A stretch of 64,000 nt of DNA from positions 806,001 through 870,000 of the forward strand of contig CP120456.1 of the NCBI GenBank assembly GCA_034226945.1, read 5' to 3'. The notes beneath the pieces are model-generated. The model was not told where the DNA came from. It searched no databases and worked only from the letters and a program-made list of their open reading frames with translations. The stretch's first letter is position 1. Every line of letters starts with the position of its first letter. The position numbers and the translations under genes are program-made. Below, piece by piece: positions 1 through 11,836 of this stretch. The stretch is from Picochlorum sp. SENEW3 (taxonomy: Eukaryota).

Positions 1-57
1 AGTCTCCACCACCGCCACCACCACCAGATTTATTATAATGGTGTAAAACAGATGACA

Positions 58-1059
58 TTATACACTGGACACGCGATGAATCTCGAGGGCATCAGCCTCT
101 GCAGACTGCCCTGCGACAGGAGAATACAAAACAGTGTGCTCCTCATCTCCTTCGTGCAACGCGGTTTTCGCATTCCCTGTCCTCGAGTATAGAACTATTC
201 CAGAGCAAACAAAACCAAACGACACAGCAAAGATGACAACCTCGGTCATGGTGACTTCAAACAAGAGTATTCGAATCAACAGAATATACAAGTCTGACGA
301 CAACAGCCCTATATTCAACAGGGTCGATCCCCCTTGCTGTAGTACAAAAGGAATTGTAGAGTAAAAGATAAACATGGCCAAAGCAAAGCCCACAATATAC
401 GCAACGAGAATTGCACTCCAATGAGAAGAGATAACAATCTTTAGCTCCAAAGCAAGAAATTGAATCCCACTGATCAACGAGCCCCACAAGCCAAGATTTC
501 CCAGCAACGTCTTCCAATGAATATCTCTCAAGAATGATTCCTGTAGCACATTGGCAGCACCATACAGAGAAGCTCCAATCAACACAAGGCAATCCCCAAA
601 CAAGGAATGTTCATGAGATGCTGCTTCTCCATTCGAATCAGAAATTATCAACAAGCTTAAACCTCCGATACAGAGACAAACTCCAATCCCATGCCCAATT
701 TTGTACGTTGCCAATCCCAATACTTTGGTAAGAATCACAGCAACTGGAATGGAAAACTGATCTAGCAGTGCCACACTTGTCATACTCGTCTTTTGAAACG
801 CCATCACAACGAGGTAATTTGCTTCAACATCCATCAATGCAAGAATAGCATACTTCCACCACTCGTAGGATGATTCTTCATTCGACGTGTCGGTAACGAA
901 GAATTTGTAGACAACAAACAGGAGCAGATATGTACAGCAAGACAAAAGAGCTGGGCAGTACACCGACGAACTCGACAAGATTGCAGCACATGTTGATGTG
1001 ACAGCAATCAATATACTCAATAATTGAGATAGAAGGATGGCTCTGACCTGCGCTGACAT
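58..1059 (-). CDS. SLC35F1/F2-like (DUF914) drug/metabolite transporter
   Basis: Multi-TM ORF with WWKYAILALMDVEANYLVVMAFQ.TS.TSVALLD and GDCLVLIGASLYGAANVLQE motifs; start codon uncertain. Confidence 0.85.
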   Translation of the reverse strand: MSAQVRAILLSQLLSILIAVTSTCAAILSSSSVYCPALLSCCTYLLLFVVYKFFVTDTSNEESSYEWWKYAILALMDVEANYLVVMAFQKTSMTSVALLDQFSIPVAVILTKVLGLATYKIGHGIGVCLCIGGLSLLIISDSNGEAASHEHSLFGDCLVLIGASLYGAANVLQESFLRDIHWKTLLGNLGLWGSLISGIQFLALELKIVISSHWSAILVAYIVGFALAMFIFYSTIPFVLQQGGSTLLNIGLLSSDLYILLIRILLFEVTMTEVVIFAVSFGFVCSGIVLYSRTGNAKTALHEGDEEHTVLYSPVAGQSAEADALEIHRVSSV

Positions 1060-1392
1060 GTCCGTTGCATGTCCCTTAGTGGGTACCCACCAAACACTTC
1101 TATAGAACGATAAGAGATTCCAGTTCACCCATTGCTAGTAATAAGACTGGGAAGTTTAAAATAAGTAGATACAATATATATAGCAACTGCAATGACGATG
1201 AAAAAGCTCAAGAGACATGTCCTGGCAGCGTCCTCCTCTCCGTAAATAAACATTTGAAACAGTCAAAGGGTGTATCGCAGGTATCCAATTCGGGCCATTC
1301 TGATGAAAAATTGTGATAATTATCACAAATATATTGATGCATACATAGAACCCTTGGAAATTTTGGGATTCTGAGGAAAACGAGGTATCGTC

Positions 1393-3264
1393 ATGGGGGG
1401 AAAACCCGTCTGGCCAGAAGGAGACGATGGCGTTCTTCTTAACGACATTTTGATCGAAAAAAGTATTCAAGATGTATTTATTATGATACATGGTGGATTG
1501 ACAGAGTATAGGAAGCATCTTGAGGACCTCTGCAAGCACGAGAACTTTTGCTTTTATGGGTGGAAGGCAAGTGAGGAAGAGCTGGAGTCTGCAGCACCTT
1601 GCGCCACTGTTGTGCAAAGTCTTTCTGAAGTGAAGCAAGGTATGGTGGCGAAAAAATCATTCGATGCGCCTGGGGGTATGGGTCAAAAGTACAAGACCGT
1701 TGAGAGGATGGCTATTATGGAGTTGGATCCTGGTAAAAAGGTTTTGATTGAATCATGTGTGTCCACCAAGGCGCCGTATGGAGACAAGTTCAATGTTCTC
1801 TTAAGGCATTGTTTTGAGTCTCAGGATAAGAGTCTAGTTCAAATGACGGTTCGATGCGTGATTGTATACCATGCCAAGATTAATGGGATGATCAAGGGCA
1901 TGATTGAAAAGGGGAGCAAGGAAGGGATGCAGAAGAGTCAGGAGAAGGCGGCATTGGTGTTGAAGAAATTTGTTCCGATTCGAAAGTCTACAAAAGAAGA
2001 GCCAGAGAAGAAGAAACCAGTGGCGCCGTTGATCATGAGGAATCATATGGAGGTGCTTTTTGGAAAGACTCTCATTGCCAGGTTGGAGCCCTGGGCGTAC
2101 CTTGCCCATGCATTCTTGGAGCAGGTGCCATTCATGTCGTGCTCCACACCAACCAGAATCATGTTGGTTTGCTTAACAATGCTGTCGGTGTATATGACGC
2201 ATATATTGATTAGTATTTTAGGCACGCTGAAAAGGGGATCTGAGAATCCAAGTGATCCCCTAGCAACGATACTGCATTCTTTTTTCAGCGTATTCTATGT
2301 TCCGAGTTGTACACACGAAGTCGTGTGTTCTTTTCTGCTACTCTATCTGATAAGATCTGTTTTAGGGCTCTTTGCAAAAGTCTTGCCTCAAACAGGAGCC
2401 TGCCAAGCCAATGCAGAAGAATGCTCCGTGTATGGTGTCAAGTATGATGGGTACAGGAAGGCAATGCAAAATGCCACACCACAATATGTTGGAATTGATG
2501 CTAGATCTGAATTTGCTTTGGCTCAGATTGGAAAAGGGCTGGATTTTGTTGCAAAAGGATTGAAGAAGAACCACAAGGTGCAACAGAAGACAATAAAAAA
2601 CTTGGCCAAAAAGGCAACTAAAGGACATGTGTTGGGGAAAAAAGAGCACAAAGCCAAATGTCACAAAGAAATGGCTGCAGAAATAATCGAGGAGCATCCA
2701 CCATCGAGCAGCCCCATAACAGAGGAGGAACAGTCAGACACCACTCCCCCACCTGAGGAATCCGATGTCGCCCTTGATCCAACAAAGTATACTCCACCAG
2801 ATCTACCACATAGTATAATGGAGGGAGCTGTGGTTGAGGAAGTTTTCGAGAACGAGCGACACCAGCCATTCAGAGGATTTGGAAGTACATGGCCTGGCCA
2901 CTTTCTTCCAACAGACAAGGTTCATAGGTGGACGGTACGGAAAGCCAATCCCTCAGGCATCTACAGCAGCCAGACAATGACGAAAGTCGTGCCGCATTTG
3001 CCCCAAGGTTGGGTATGGATAGAACCGGCATGGTCGATTGACCTGTCAGGATTATCATCCCACTCCACAGATGATCAGGGCTGGTCCTATGGTCTCGATT
3101 TCCCAAAATCCATCACATACCCTTTTCCTCCAGGGACAGGGAAAAAGAAAATGTCTGATTTTGTCCGAACACGTCGATGGCTGCGCACACGAATCGAAGC
3201 ATCCAAGATAGCAGATGCTTCTCCTTCTCATGCTGACGAGATTCAACCAGAGAATCGTCAATAA
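1393..3264 (+). CDS. VASt (StART-like) lipid-transfer domain + TM segments + C-terminal DysF (dysferlin/Pex24-type) domain protein
   Basis: APYGDKFNVLLR..IKGMIEKG (VASt-like); EVFENERHQPFRGF, LPQGWVW..WSID, DDQGWSYG.DF, FVRTRRWLRTR (DysF). Confidence 0.75.
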   Translation: MGGKPVWPEGDDGVLLNDILIEKSIQDVFIMIHGGLTEYRKHLEDLCKHENFCFYGWKASEEELESAAPCATVVQSLSEVKQGMVAKKSFDAPGGMGQKYKTVERMAIMELDPGKKVLIESCVSTKAPYGDKFNVLLRHCFESQDKSLVQMTVRCVIVYHAKINGMIKGMIEKGSKEGMQKSQEKAALVLKKFVPIRKSTKEEPEKKKPVAPLIMRNHMEVLFGKTLIARLEPWAYLAHAFLEQVPFMSCSTPTRIMLVCLTMLSVYMTHILISILGTLKRGSENPSDPLATILHSFFSVFYVPSCTHEVVCSFLLLYLIRSVLGLFAKVLPQTGACQANAEECSVYGVKYDGYRKAMQNATPQYVGIDARSEFALAQIGKGLDFVAKGLKKNHKVQQKTIKNLAKKATKGHVLGKKEHKAKCHKEMAAEIIEEHPPSSSPITEEEQSDTTPPPEESDVALDPTKYTPPDLPHSIMEGAVVEEVFENERHQPFRGFGSTWPGHFLPTDKVHRWTVRKANPSGIYSSQTMTKVVPHLPQGWVWIEPAWSIDLSGLSSHSTDDQGWSYGLDFPKSITYPFPPGTGKKKMSDFVRTRRWLRTRIEASKIADASPSHADEIQPENRQ

Positions 3265-3376
3265 GTACATGGAACATTTACATTGAACATTAAAAAGCAC
3301 CCAAAGATAATTTGTTGTACACTGAGAATAATAATAAGATCTAGTCCGTGCGATGCAAAAAGTAAAACGTCTTCAT

Positions 3377-4229
3377 CTATTTGTCATCCTTCTTCATACC
3401 CTGATTGGTAGGATTCTGGTTGTTATTGTCACCCAGATCATCGTCTTCATCCCTTGGCGAAATATCTCTGGACGATAACATGGCAAGCTGCTCATCTAAA
3501 GCAGCGTTCGTCAAACTGCTTCGACCCGTCAATGGGGCACCACCCCTATTCAAATCCCCAAGGTTATCCAACAGTGGAATACCCTCTTCTGCTTCTCTTT
3601 GACTGGGGCTCGCTTTTCCAACCGACTCTTTCTCCTCCGTCCACTTCTTTGCCTCCAATGCTTTGGAACTGAAATGCTCAATGCACGTCATCAGCATTAC
3701 ATTTTCCCTCTGCAATGCATCCACCGTCTCAGAAAGCTCTCTCATCCGAGCTTGCTTCTTCTGTCTGCTCCTCCTCGCTGCTTCTTTATTCCTCAATCTC
3801 CTACAAACATCATACATATATAGTGAAATCAAAACGATGACGCACACGTCAAGCATACCCAACACAAATACATACTTCAATGCCTTCTCCCGCTCTTTTG
3901 CTGGCAATGCCTCCAACAATGCCTTCTCATCCAGAGAGTCTGAATTCCCACCATCTTCTTCTCCTTTTGCCGACTCTGACTTCTACACACCACATAATCA
4001 ACAATAGATTCACGTCATCCCAACGGAATCAACCCTCATCTATGAGAGCAGAATCAAATACAACCCAAAGAAAATACAGCACAACACACACCTTGCCCAT
4101 CCCCAATTGCAATCGCTCTATATCCCCCTCCGCCTCCACCAACTTTTCTCTCGATAAAGTTAGAATCTTTTCCAATTGATTATGCTCTTCATCCCCACCA
4201 TACCCTTCACCGTGTGCCAAATCTTCCAT
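3377..4229 (-). CDS. bZIP transcription factor (exons 4229-4092, 3982-3876, 3800-3377)
   Basis: Spliced basic region KALKRLRNKEAARRSRQKKQ followed by a leucine zipper; GT-AG introns preserve the frame. Confidence 0.85.
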
Positions 4230-4931
4230 CCCCAGATTGACGACAATCTAGTCGAGAAAACCCTTGTGATGTACCAGATACTCTCTATACTAGACTATGT
4301 ACATGTATATAATTTTAAATATTTTTATGGATGTAGAGCAGCAATAATACGGCATCGCATAGAACATCACATGTTGTCGAGGGCGCCCTTCTAGTGGAAT
4401 CCATATTCACTGAATGGAATGCTCTTGTTGTTGCATAGGATCTGATCAGTGTTGAGCTGCTGGATTATTATTCCCACGCAACCAATGAATGAATACTCAT
4501 CTATACGTTCGCATGCTGTCAGATTACACAATATGGTCATGGTATTATTATGATTATGAGATGATTCTTGCACCAATGCTCGCAAGAGAAAGAAAGAAAC
4601 ATAAATAAAAACAGCTTGATATGAACAGCAGCACAGCAACATCCTTCTACTCGTCTTATGTATACATTGTCTCTGGAACATGGAATACGAGAGAGACTGC
4701 ATATATGTATGTATGTACCGCTGCCTCGTGTTTTTTTTTTTAACCAAAGACAAGGCCACCGAGAGAATTCTGTGTTCGAACACAAGGGAGAAAAAAAACA
4801 GTAAAATAAATAGCAGCATGCTGTGTCACGTATGAACAATCTTGTTGTTGAGAAGAAACAGGTAAAAAGAAAGAAACATGCGTGGAGCTCCGAATCCTAT
4901 ACTCATGGCCACGACACTACTCGTGGCACTC

Positions 4932-5644
4932 TTACGTAGGTATCTCTGAAGAAGAAGGTTCTGGTGCAGGAGGTATCCCTACAATACCAGTGGTATTTGT
5001 GTCTCGCCCCGGCGATATTCCATCGCACGGTACACACACAATATCCATATAGAGTTCTGCAAAGACAACATACGGACATACATTTTCCCACTCGCACACA
5101 CACCCCACAAGCTGATCTGGAGGTGAGCATCCCTGCCCATCACCGTAGGGTGTGATTGCCGTCCCAGGAGGAGCAAATGGACTCAGTTCCTGGACCATGG
5201 CTTTATTCTTCAACTTTAAGCAATTATCTGAGGATGTAGAACACGCGCAGTGTTCTGATAGGGTAAACACAACCTGTCTAGGACACAACTCTTGCAGTGA
5301 TGTCACAGAACCAGACAGGACATTGGCTATAACAACATCGTCTTCTGGAGGTATCGTTGGAAAGCCATCGTATTCATATTCACCATACAATCCTTCATCG
5401 TAAGTAGGGTCATCATCACGTATGTATGTAGGGTAGTACGATCGCTGATCCACCTCCCTTGTCGTATCAGAGAGTAAGGAACGTGCCACACCTGCCCGTC
5501 GAGATTGATGATGAACCACACCATCCTCCTTCCGATACATGTCCCTCATAAATCTACTTATACTCACTGTAAGAATAAAAATACATCATAAAATGAATGA
5601 AAAAGATAAGAAAGACGTGAGCAACCGTCGGTCAACGCACCCAT
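4932..5644 (-). CDS. Cys-rich hypothetical protein (possible 4-nt first exon 5644-5641, intron 5640-5567)
   Basis: 211-aa ORF; ATGG|gtgcgt...ttacag| restores a Met start in frame; no recognised family. Confidence 0.5.
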
Positions 5645-5880
5645 GACAATGACACACGTCACGAGGGAATACACCACCGTTTTCATACTAGTCTAGACAT
5701 CATGTTGTCAATATATAGTTTTTATTAGACCAGTATAGTACATGTAAAATATTAGATGAAGAGGTCCATGGTGGCCATGACTGGATCGATCCCTGGACAT
5801 GGTCGAATCGATCCTGACGAGGCCTCGTTCGACACAGTCATGGCGGCATGTCTTTGGTATGATGAGCATGTGTTTTACAA

Positions 5881-8158
5881 TCATCCATGGTTTCCGATAC
5901 CGAGATGGAAACGTCTATGTTTCATATCATTCATGGCGTATTCAAATCGGAGTGGTCCAATGGGGGTGTCTACTCTGACACCTGCTCCGATACCACCCCC
6001 CTTGCCTGGCTTTTGTCTGCAGCCAGCGGGGTCGCCTGGGATGGTGGCTCCACTGCCGAGGTCGGTTCCGTAGTCGGCAAAGACCGTGCCTCCGAGTGGG
6101 GCCACGATTGGGAATCTTATTTCTGCTGTTCCTGCGACGTAGTTTCGCGCTGATCCGACGCTGCCCTCACCATAGCCTCGGATGGAGTTTGTGCCTCCAA
6201 GAGGGAAGGATTCATAGGGGGGCAAGTCTCCCACAATGGCACCGCCCTTGGCTGATGCCCAGAATTTGAGTGGTCCCAGGCCAATACCTTTGTCTGCTCG
6301 CATGGAAAAGCGATTAAAGTTCAACCAGTCTCTGTGGAGAGGGAGGGCCTGTTCCATGGATGCCAAGAGCTCTGTGTCGCCCTTTGGGGCCCTGCAGAGA
6401 AGCAAGAGAGAAATACATGAGACATGGCGCGCAGCTGTACAAAAACATTGTAATACACATATGGCAATGATATCGTACGTATATGCTATTCGTATGGATG
6501 TGAGTGCCATCGTATCACGGCCGTGTCCGCCGCGGTTGATGATGACTGGGCCTCCATACACATCATGCAGGATGGGGTCGTTGTGATCATTCAGACATTT
6601 TGCTCTCTGCCAATTCAAGCCAAGGCTTCCCTGCCATCCTACCCCAAGGGGTCTTCCGTATTCTATACTTCCAAGCATTCGAGATACAAAGACGCCGTCC
6701 CTCTCAACGCCGGGAGACGATGAATCAACCGTGTCATCTGCTGCTCTGGCATGAATGGGGGCAACCCCCACCTTGGTGCTCTGCGCTAAAATTGTTCTGG
6801 ACGTTCTGAACGCATCACCTCGAACCCATGGGTCTGTATGTGATATTCTGAATGTAGAATCAGCTTGGCCCACTTCAGCTGCTGCGGAGAGGCTCTGGCC
6901 GAGTCCAAAGAGATTTCGTTGTGAATAGGACACTGTGCCCACAAAGCCAGGGAGGGATCCTTCGGCTGCACCTGCAGCAGAGATTCCCCCGCCTGCAGCT
7001 AATCCACCTGTTTTCTTTCTTTCTTTCACTTCCAACGTCAAATCAACGAGAGGATTTTCCACAGTCGATCCCTCAGCGGGTTGAGGTCGAATAGACACGT
7101 CTTCAAACAGCCCCATGGAGTAGACGGCTTCTACATCAGTCTTTGATTGTTTCAGACTATGCACCTGTCCAGGTCTGGTAGAAAGCTGCCGTAAAATAAT
7201 ATCAGGTTTTGTTTTGCCTTCTTCTCGGGACTCGCCAGTCTCTGGATCAATATACCGAAGGGATACTCGATTGACAGTCGCCTCCCCCACTTTGATCCGA
7301 GCAATATCATCCGATCCCATTTGCACATCAACCACCTGGCCCAACACACCATTCTTTTCATACCATGCATTCAAAGAAGATACACCATTCCGCAAGGAAT
7401 TCAAATTCAACACCTTTCCTCGCATCCCATCAAACCCATCCTGAATAACCTTTTGAGGAAGCCTTGTGGCCCCAGTCACCACAGTCCCCCTCAACTCTGG
7501 GTTTGGCGTCACTTCAATCGTCAGCTTGACCCCATCCCTCGTATCCTCAGCTTTTGGACGACACGATGAGAAATATCCAGTCTCGAAAACCCGTCTCACA
7601 TCATCCCGCACCTCATCAATTGTATATGCAAAATTGGGTTTTGTTTTCAATGCCTCCACCGCAGCTTGTTTCAACTCCCCATCAACCCCAGCAATATCAA
7701 CCTACAGATATGAATATATACATGCTATGAATACGTACCATCATCGTGATTATTAGGGATGAGATGGATGAGATGTAGTGCCATACCTCACTAATAACAA
7801 TTCGCTCATCGTCAGTTGAATTTTCCTTCGTCTCAGACGCATTCTGCATGATGCTATCCATCAAAAACCGACCATCTAATGATCTACCTTTAGAAGGCAG
7901 GACTGCCTTTTGATCCTCCGTGGAGGAGGATACAGAAGCCAGCAACAACCCGGAACAGTTGTTGCTCAAACCATTCGTTGATTTCAGAAACGTCTCTGTA
8001 CACTTCTCCACTGTATTAACAATGGTATGTACATGTGTTTGAACATGTTTCGCCAAGGATCTGGCCCAATCGCAGGGTATCTGTTTCTCGGATGTCTCTA
8101 CAGCAGCAGAGGACACTTGCCTCCTCCGTCTTCGAAGCCGACAACCAGCAGAAATCAT
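5881..8158 (-). CDS. OEP80: Chloroplast outer envelope Omp85 family protein OEP80/Toc75-V (introns ~7787-7702 and 6478-6392)
   Basis: POTRA-like region (ETGYFSSCRP..DTRDGV), beta-barrel motifs LGGTNSIRGY and DTPIGPLRFEYA. Confidence 0.9.
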
Positions 8159-8199
8159 GAGAGTCGTAGTAACCTAAAAAAAGAAATAAGAAAATACTA

Positions 8200-9858
8200 T
8201 CAAGACAAATGATGGTTGAGGTCCTCGCTTTTCAAGAGAGCCGCTCTCAAAAGATCCAAATCCTGTGGAGTCAATGAGCGATCAATCTTGGCCAATTCTC
8301 TGTAAAAGGGGTCTTCGGAGAAGGACATACTCAGGACATGGTTCTGGTCAGAGAATGATTTGTGTACCTGGATGGCAGCGGACTGAACATCGGCAATCTT
8401 GCTGGAATCCCAGTTGTGTTGAAGGCTTTCCAAGGACTTGTTCAGTTTGGGGAGGAAGGCGTCAATGGACTGATGTGAAATCTGTTCCTTGCTCTCAAGA
8501 GCCTCTGGGCTCATCATGCTCAGTATGGCATCCGAGTTTGTCACGGATTGGGCAACGTGCTTTTTTGGACGCGATTGTCTGCGAATCTCTACTGGCATGG
8601 CATTCATGTGTGCCTGTTCTTTCCTCTTTTGCTGCTCAATCTTCTTTCTGGTGGCTTCATTTCTGGCCAGTGCTGCCTTGGTCATCCTTGGTGGGTGCGA
8701 AGGAGCTTTTAATGGGCTTGCAGCAGTTCGAGTCTTTGTATTGGAGACGAATGACTTGGTGGGGCTTGATGCTCTCGAGCTTGGAGCTGACACTGGTCCA
8801 TGATGCGTTTTTGCCGTCTTTTCTGGGGAACATGGGGCACTGTTAATCTCACTAGGTCTTCTACCATGATGAATGACATGATACTGTCTCGAAGGCCTCT
8901 GCGCAGTCACCAGGTCAGAGACTGCCAGTGCTGTCTTTTTGACCTCTTCATGCTCCTGCGCCACTGGGCATCGTGGTATTTTAGATGCCATGACAGGGGT
9001 ATTCTCTGCATCGCTCACTTCGGCTACCAATGATTCAAAGGACTCTTGTCGCACCAATGGCAGTGTAAGCGCTTCCTGCTCTTCCTCTCGTTTTACTTCA
9101 TACACTGGAGCAAGGGCTTCATACATGGGATCCTCCTGCACCACCACATCCATTGTCTTCTTCTTGGCCGTCGCATCGCTCATGTTCAGACTCGCACGAA
9201 GAGGTGCTACCTGGCTTTCAAGAGTCAATGTGGGTGGAATCAACCCCGCACTGGATGGGCGTGGCCTTGGACTCGTCACTCGAGGGGGCGAGTACACGGA
9301 TGGGGTTTGAAAGCATGAGAGCAATCTTCTCAGAATACCCTTCTTCTGATTGTTCTTTGGATATGGGATATCAAATCCAGGCTCATCCATTTCACAATGC
9401 ATTGCCCTTCTCTTTGATGTCAAAAACGCTGGGCTCTCCATGACAATGGTGTGCTCTCTCTGGTGCTGTGATTCCATGGCCATCTCCATGTTTCGTGCCA
9501 CAGATGCATCAACAATCCTACCGAATGTATCCTGGGATTCTTCCAGAGAAGAATCGTTATCCTCATGCTTTTGCTGTTCCTGCTGGGAGACAGGTCTGTA
9601 TGCAGGAATAATACCCTCAGCAGGGGCAGCAGCAGTTGCCTCTGCCAAAACGTTGACAGCAGGTACCTTGTCTTCCTCCATACTCTTGACAGGAGGAGGG
9701 GCGTGGGTCGGTTTCTTTGCCATATTCTCTTTATGAGTTTTCTTCACAGGTGACACCGCTACTTGGTGAATAATCTTTCGATGCTCTTCGCGGAGATGTC
9801 TCTGATGCTCGTACGCTTCCTGGAGCTCTCTCTGCAACTGGACCGACTGTCGAGTCAT
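8200..9858 (-). CDS. Low-complexity/coiled-coil hypothetical protein; probably has extra 5' exons up to ~10184
   Basis: 552-aa ORF, Ser/Pro/Lys-rich, no recognised domain. Confidence 0.65.
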   Translation of the reverse strand: MTRQSVQLQRELQEAYEHQRHLREEHRKIIHQVAVSPVKKTHKENMAKKPTHAPPPVKSMEEDKVPAVNVLAEATAAAPAEGIIPAYRPVSQQEQQKHEDNDSSLEESQDTFGRIVDASVARNMEMAMESQHQREHTIVMESPAFLTSKRRAMHCEMDEPGFDIPYPKNNQKKGILRRLLSCFQTPSVYSPPRVTSPRPRPSSAGLIPPTLTLESQVAPLRASLNMSDATAKKKTMDVVVQEDPMYEALAPVYEVKREEEQEALTLPLVRQESFESLVAEVSDAENTPVMASKIPRCPVAQEHEEVKKTALAVSDLVTAQRPSRQYHVIHHGRRPSEINSAPCSPEKTAKTHHGPVSAPSSRASSPTKSFVSNTKTRTAASPLKAPSHPPRMTKAALARNEATRKKIEQQKRKEQAHMNAMPVEIRRQSRPKKHVAQSVTNSDAILSMMSPEALESKEQISHQSIDAFLPKLNKSLESLQHNWDSSKIADVQSAAIQVHKSFSDQNHVLSMSFSEDPFYRELAKIDRSLTPQDLDLLRAALLKSEDLNHHLS

Positions 9859-10311
9859 TGATGATCGTTGTTACTCTCCTCTATTCTACAAAACACAACA
9901 TGGGTTATACTTCATGATATATATATAGTACTATATTGGACCAATACGAGCGCGTGTCATGACAGGAGACCAACCTACACTGTGATGACTGTTGCGAGGT
10001 GGTTGATTCGATCTTCTAATACTCTCTCGGATAGACGCGTGATTCTCCTCTATTAGTTACTCCTGAGATACCTTTGATAGTAATTATACATAGAAACAGG
10101 TGGGGAGAATATCGCAGATGAAGCATCACAAAGAGGTGGTGCTCGAGGCGCCTCAACCGTCTCGCTCGGGGATTTTTCGGCCATCCTATGGGTCAAAGTA
10201 ATTCGGCAATTTCCCGAATTCTGTGTCCAAAAGGCGAGAACAAACGCCCCTGTATGCCCTTCAAACAAGGTATTACCTTTATATAGTAGAGTATATCAAT
10301 AGAATAACACA

Positions 10312-11020
10312 ATGGGAAAGTGTGGAAAGGGAACTGGAAGTTTTGGTGCGTTATCAGAGACGAGTTTGTTTCGGCTGCTCAGGCAGCATTGGCGGCAGAG
10401 ACTGCAATGGGAAAGGCCACGGTCGGGTACAGAGAGGCAGACGATCCAATATGTAGAATTTATATTTTGAATGATGTATTGATTCTACAAGGAGGATGGG
10501 AAGGGGAGAAGATCACGTGGGGACTGTTGCGTCGCCGCAGTCTGAGCAGTTTTCTTCTGCCTCTCCTTCTTCTGTCGATTGCACGGTCAGAACGGTTGAT
10601 AGTAATAGTACATGTCAAAAAAAATGCCTGCAATCATCGTAGATGCCCGACTGTCTTCTTTTTCTTCCGTCTCTTGTTTCCCTCAGTGCTTGCTTGGACA
10701 TCACAAGTATCATGAATGAATAACACAGCGTGTATATGTGCCATCGACTGACTGTATTACTGTTTTACAATGTAGGTCTTCGCCATATCAAATCTCACAC
10801 AATCTGTAGAAGATGTGGAAAGAGATCCTTCCATAAGCAAAAAGCCACATGTGCATCCTGTGGATACCCAGCATCAAAGATCAGAAAGTATAACTGGAGT
10901 GTTAAGGCTATTCGTAGAAAGACAACAGGTACTGGACGTATGAGATATTTGAAGGTTGTGCAGCGCCGTGCTAAGAATGGTTTCCTCTCTGGACAAGCCC
11001 CAAAGAATATCTCTCTCTAG
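10312..11020 (+). CDS. RPL37: 60S ribosomal protein L37/eL37 (exons 10312-10345, 10776-11020)
   Basis: [43 protein letters not shown]...[26 protein letters not shown] just after the stop. Confidence 0.97.
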
Positions 11021-11083
11021 TTAATTGATTGACTTCTTGTAATAGTAGTACACAGCCCTCCTCCGTACTTTTTGTTTTACTAT

Positions 11084-11836
11084 CTACGTATGCGATTGTG
11101 TTTTGGGATTTTCTTTCTTCTTCACAGAATCCATCGCATGAAGGATCATCCTGTCATAATTACACTGCAGAGTGGAGTGGCTGCTGTGTTCTGGGTGTGT
11201 CACTCCATCTGTACCTCTGATGCATTCCTTCTCCTCCTCCTCCTCCTCATCGGCACCAGTGCATGTGCTAATGCAATCATCCCAGTGCGAGTGCGCACCA
11301 TAGCCGCTCTTTTTCGTGATATGCGATGGCATCAAGGTATTCCTTGATGCAGCATCCTCACCCAACCCATCAATACTCTTCACAGTATACTGTTGCCTCT
11401 GCTTCCTCTTCTCCTCCGCCTCAACCTCTTCACTCCTCATTTCCTCCTCCTCTTTCATCAACCTGTTCCTCCTCGCCGTCATCCTCTTCTCTTCCATCCT
11501 CTTTTTCTTCTCCTCCTCCTCCAACTTGAGCTGGTCAACCACCTCTGACAATGGACAACGCAGAAACTTTGGCTCCTCATCATCACCATGCACATCATCC
11601 CTACATACTATATTATTATTCTGCAAGGTACCAGTACGCCCTTTAGTGTGATGCTGATGCTGTTGAGATCCCTTCTCCTCCCACTGAATCCGCTCCACGG
11701 CATCCTGTGTCATCTTCACCCGCTCCATCATGGACCCAATATCATGTTCCCTCTTCCTCTCTTTCATAATCCTCACCAACCCTTCAGGCTGCTTCTTCCT
11801 CATTATATATCTCGTACGGCGTGCCACGTAGTTCAC
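11084..11836 (-). CDS. Charged coiled-coil hypothetical protein (5' exon(s) possibly up to 12065)
   Basis: 250-aa Glu/Lys/Arg-rich ORF; start unresolved. Confidence 0.5.
   Translation of the reverse strand: MNYVARRTRYIMRKKQPEGLVRIMKERKREHDIGSMMERVKMTQDAVERIQWEEKGSQQHQHHTKGRTGTLQNNNIVCRDDVHGDDEEPKFLRCPLSEVVDQLKLEEEEKKKRMEEKRMTARRNRLMKEEEEMRSEEVEAEEKRKQRQQYTVKSIDGLGEDAASRNTLMPSHITKKSGYGAHSHWDDCISTCTGADEEEEEEKECIRGTDGVTHPEHSSHSTLQCNYDRMILHAMDSVKKKENPKTQSHT

Noticed and set aside
10470..10545. Possible C/D snoRNA (ATGATGT...CTGA) in the RPL37 intron
   Set aside because: Imperfect C box, no terminal stem, and no rRNA guide that I can recognise.
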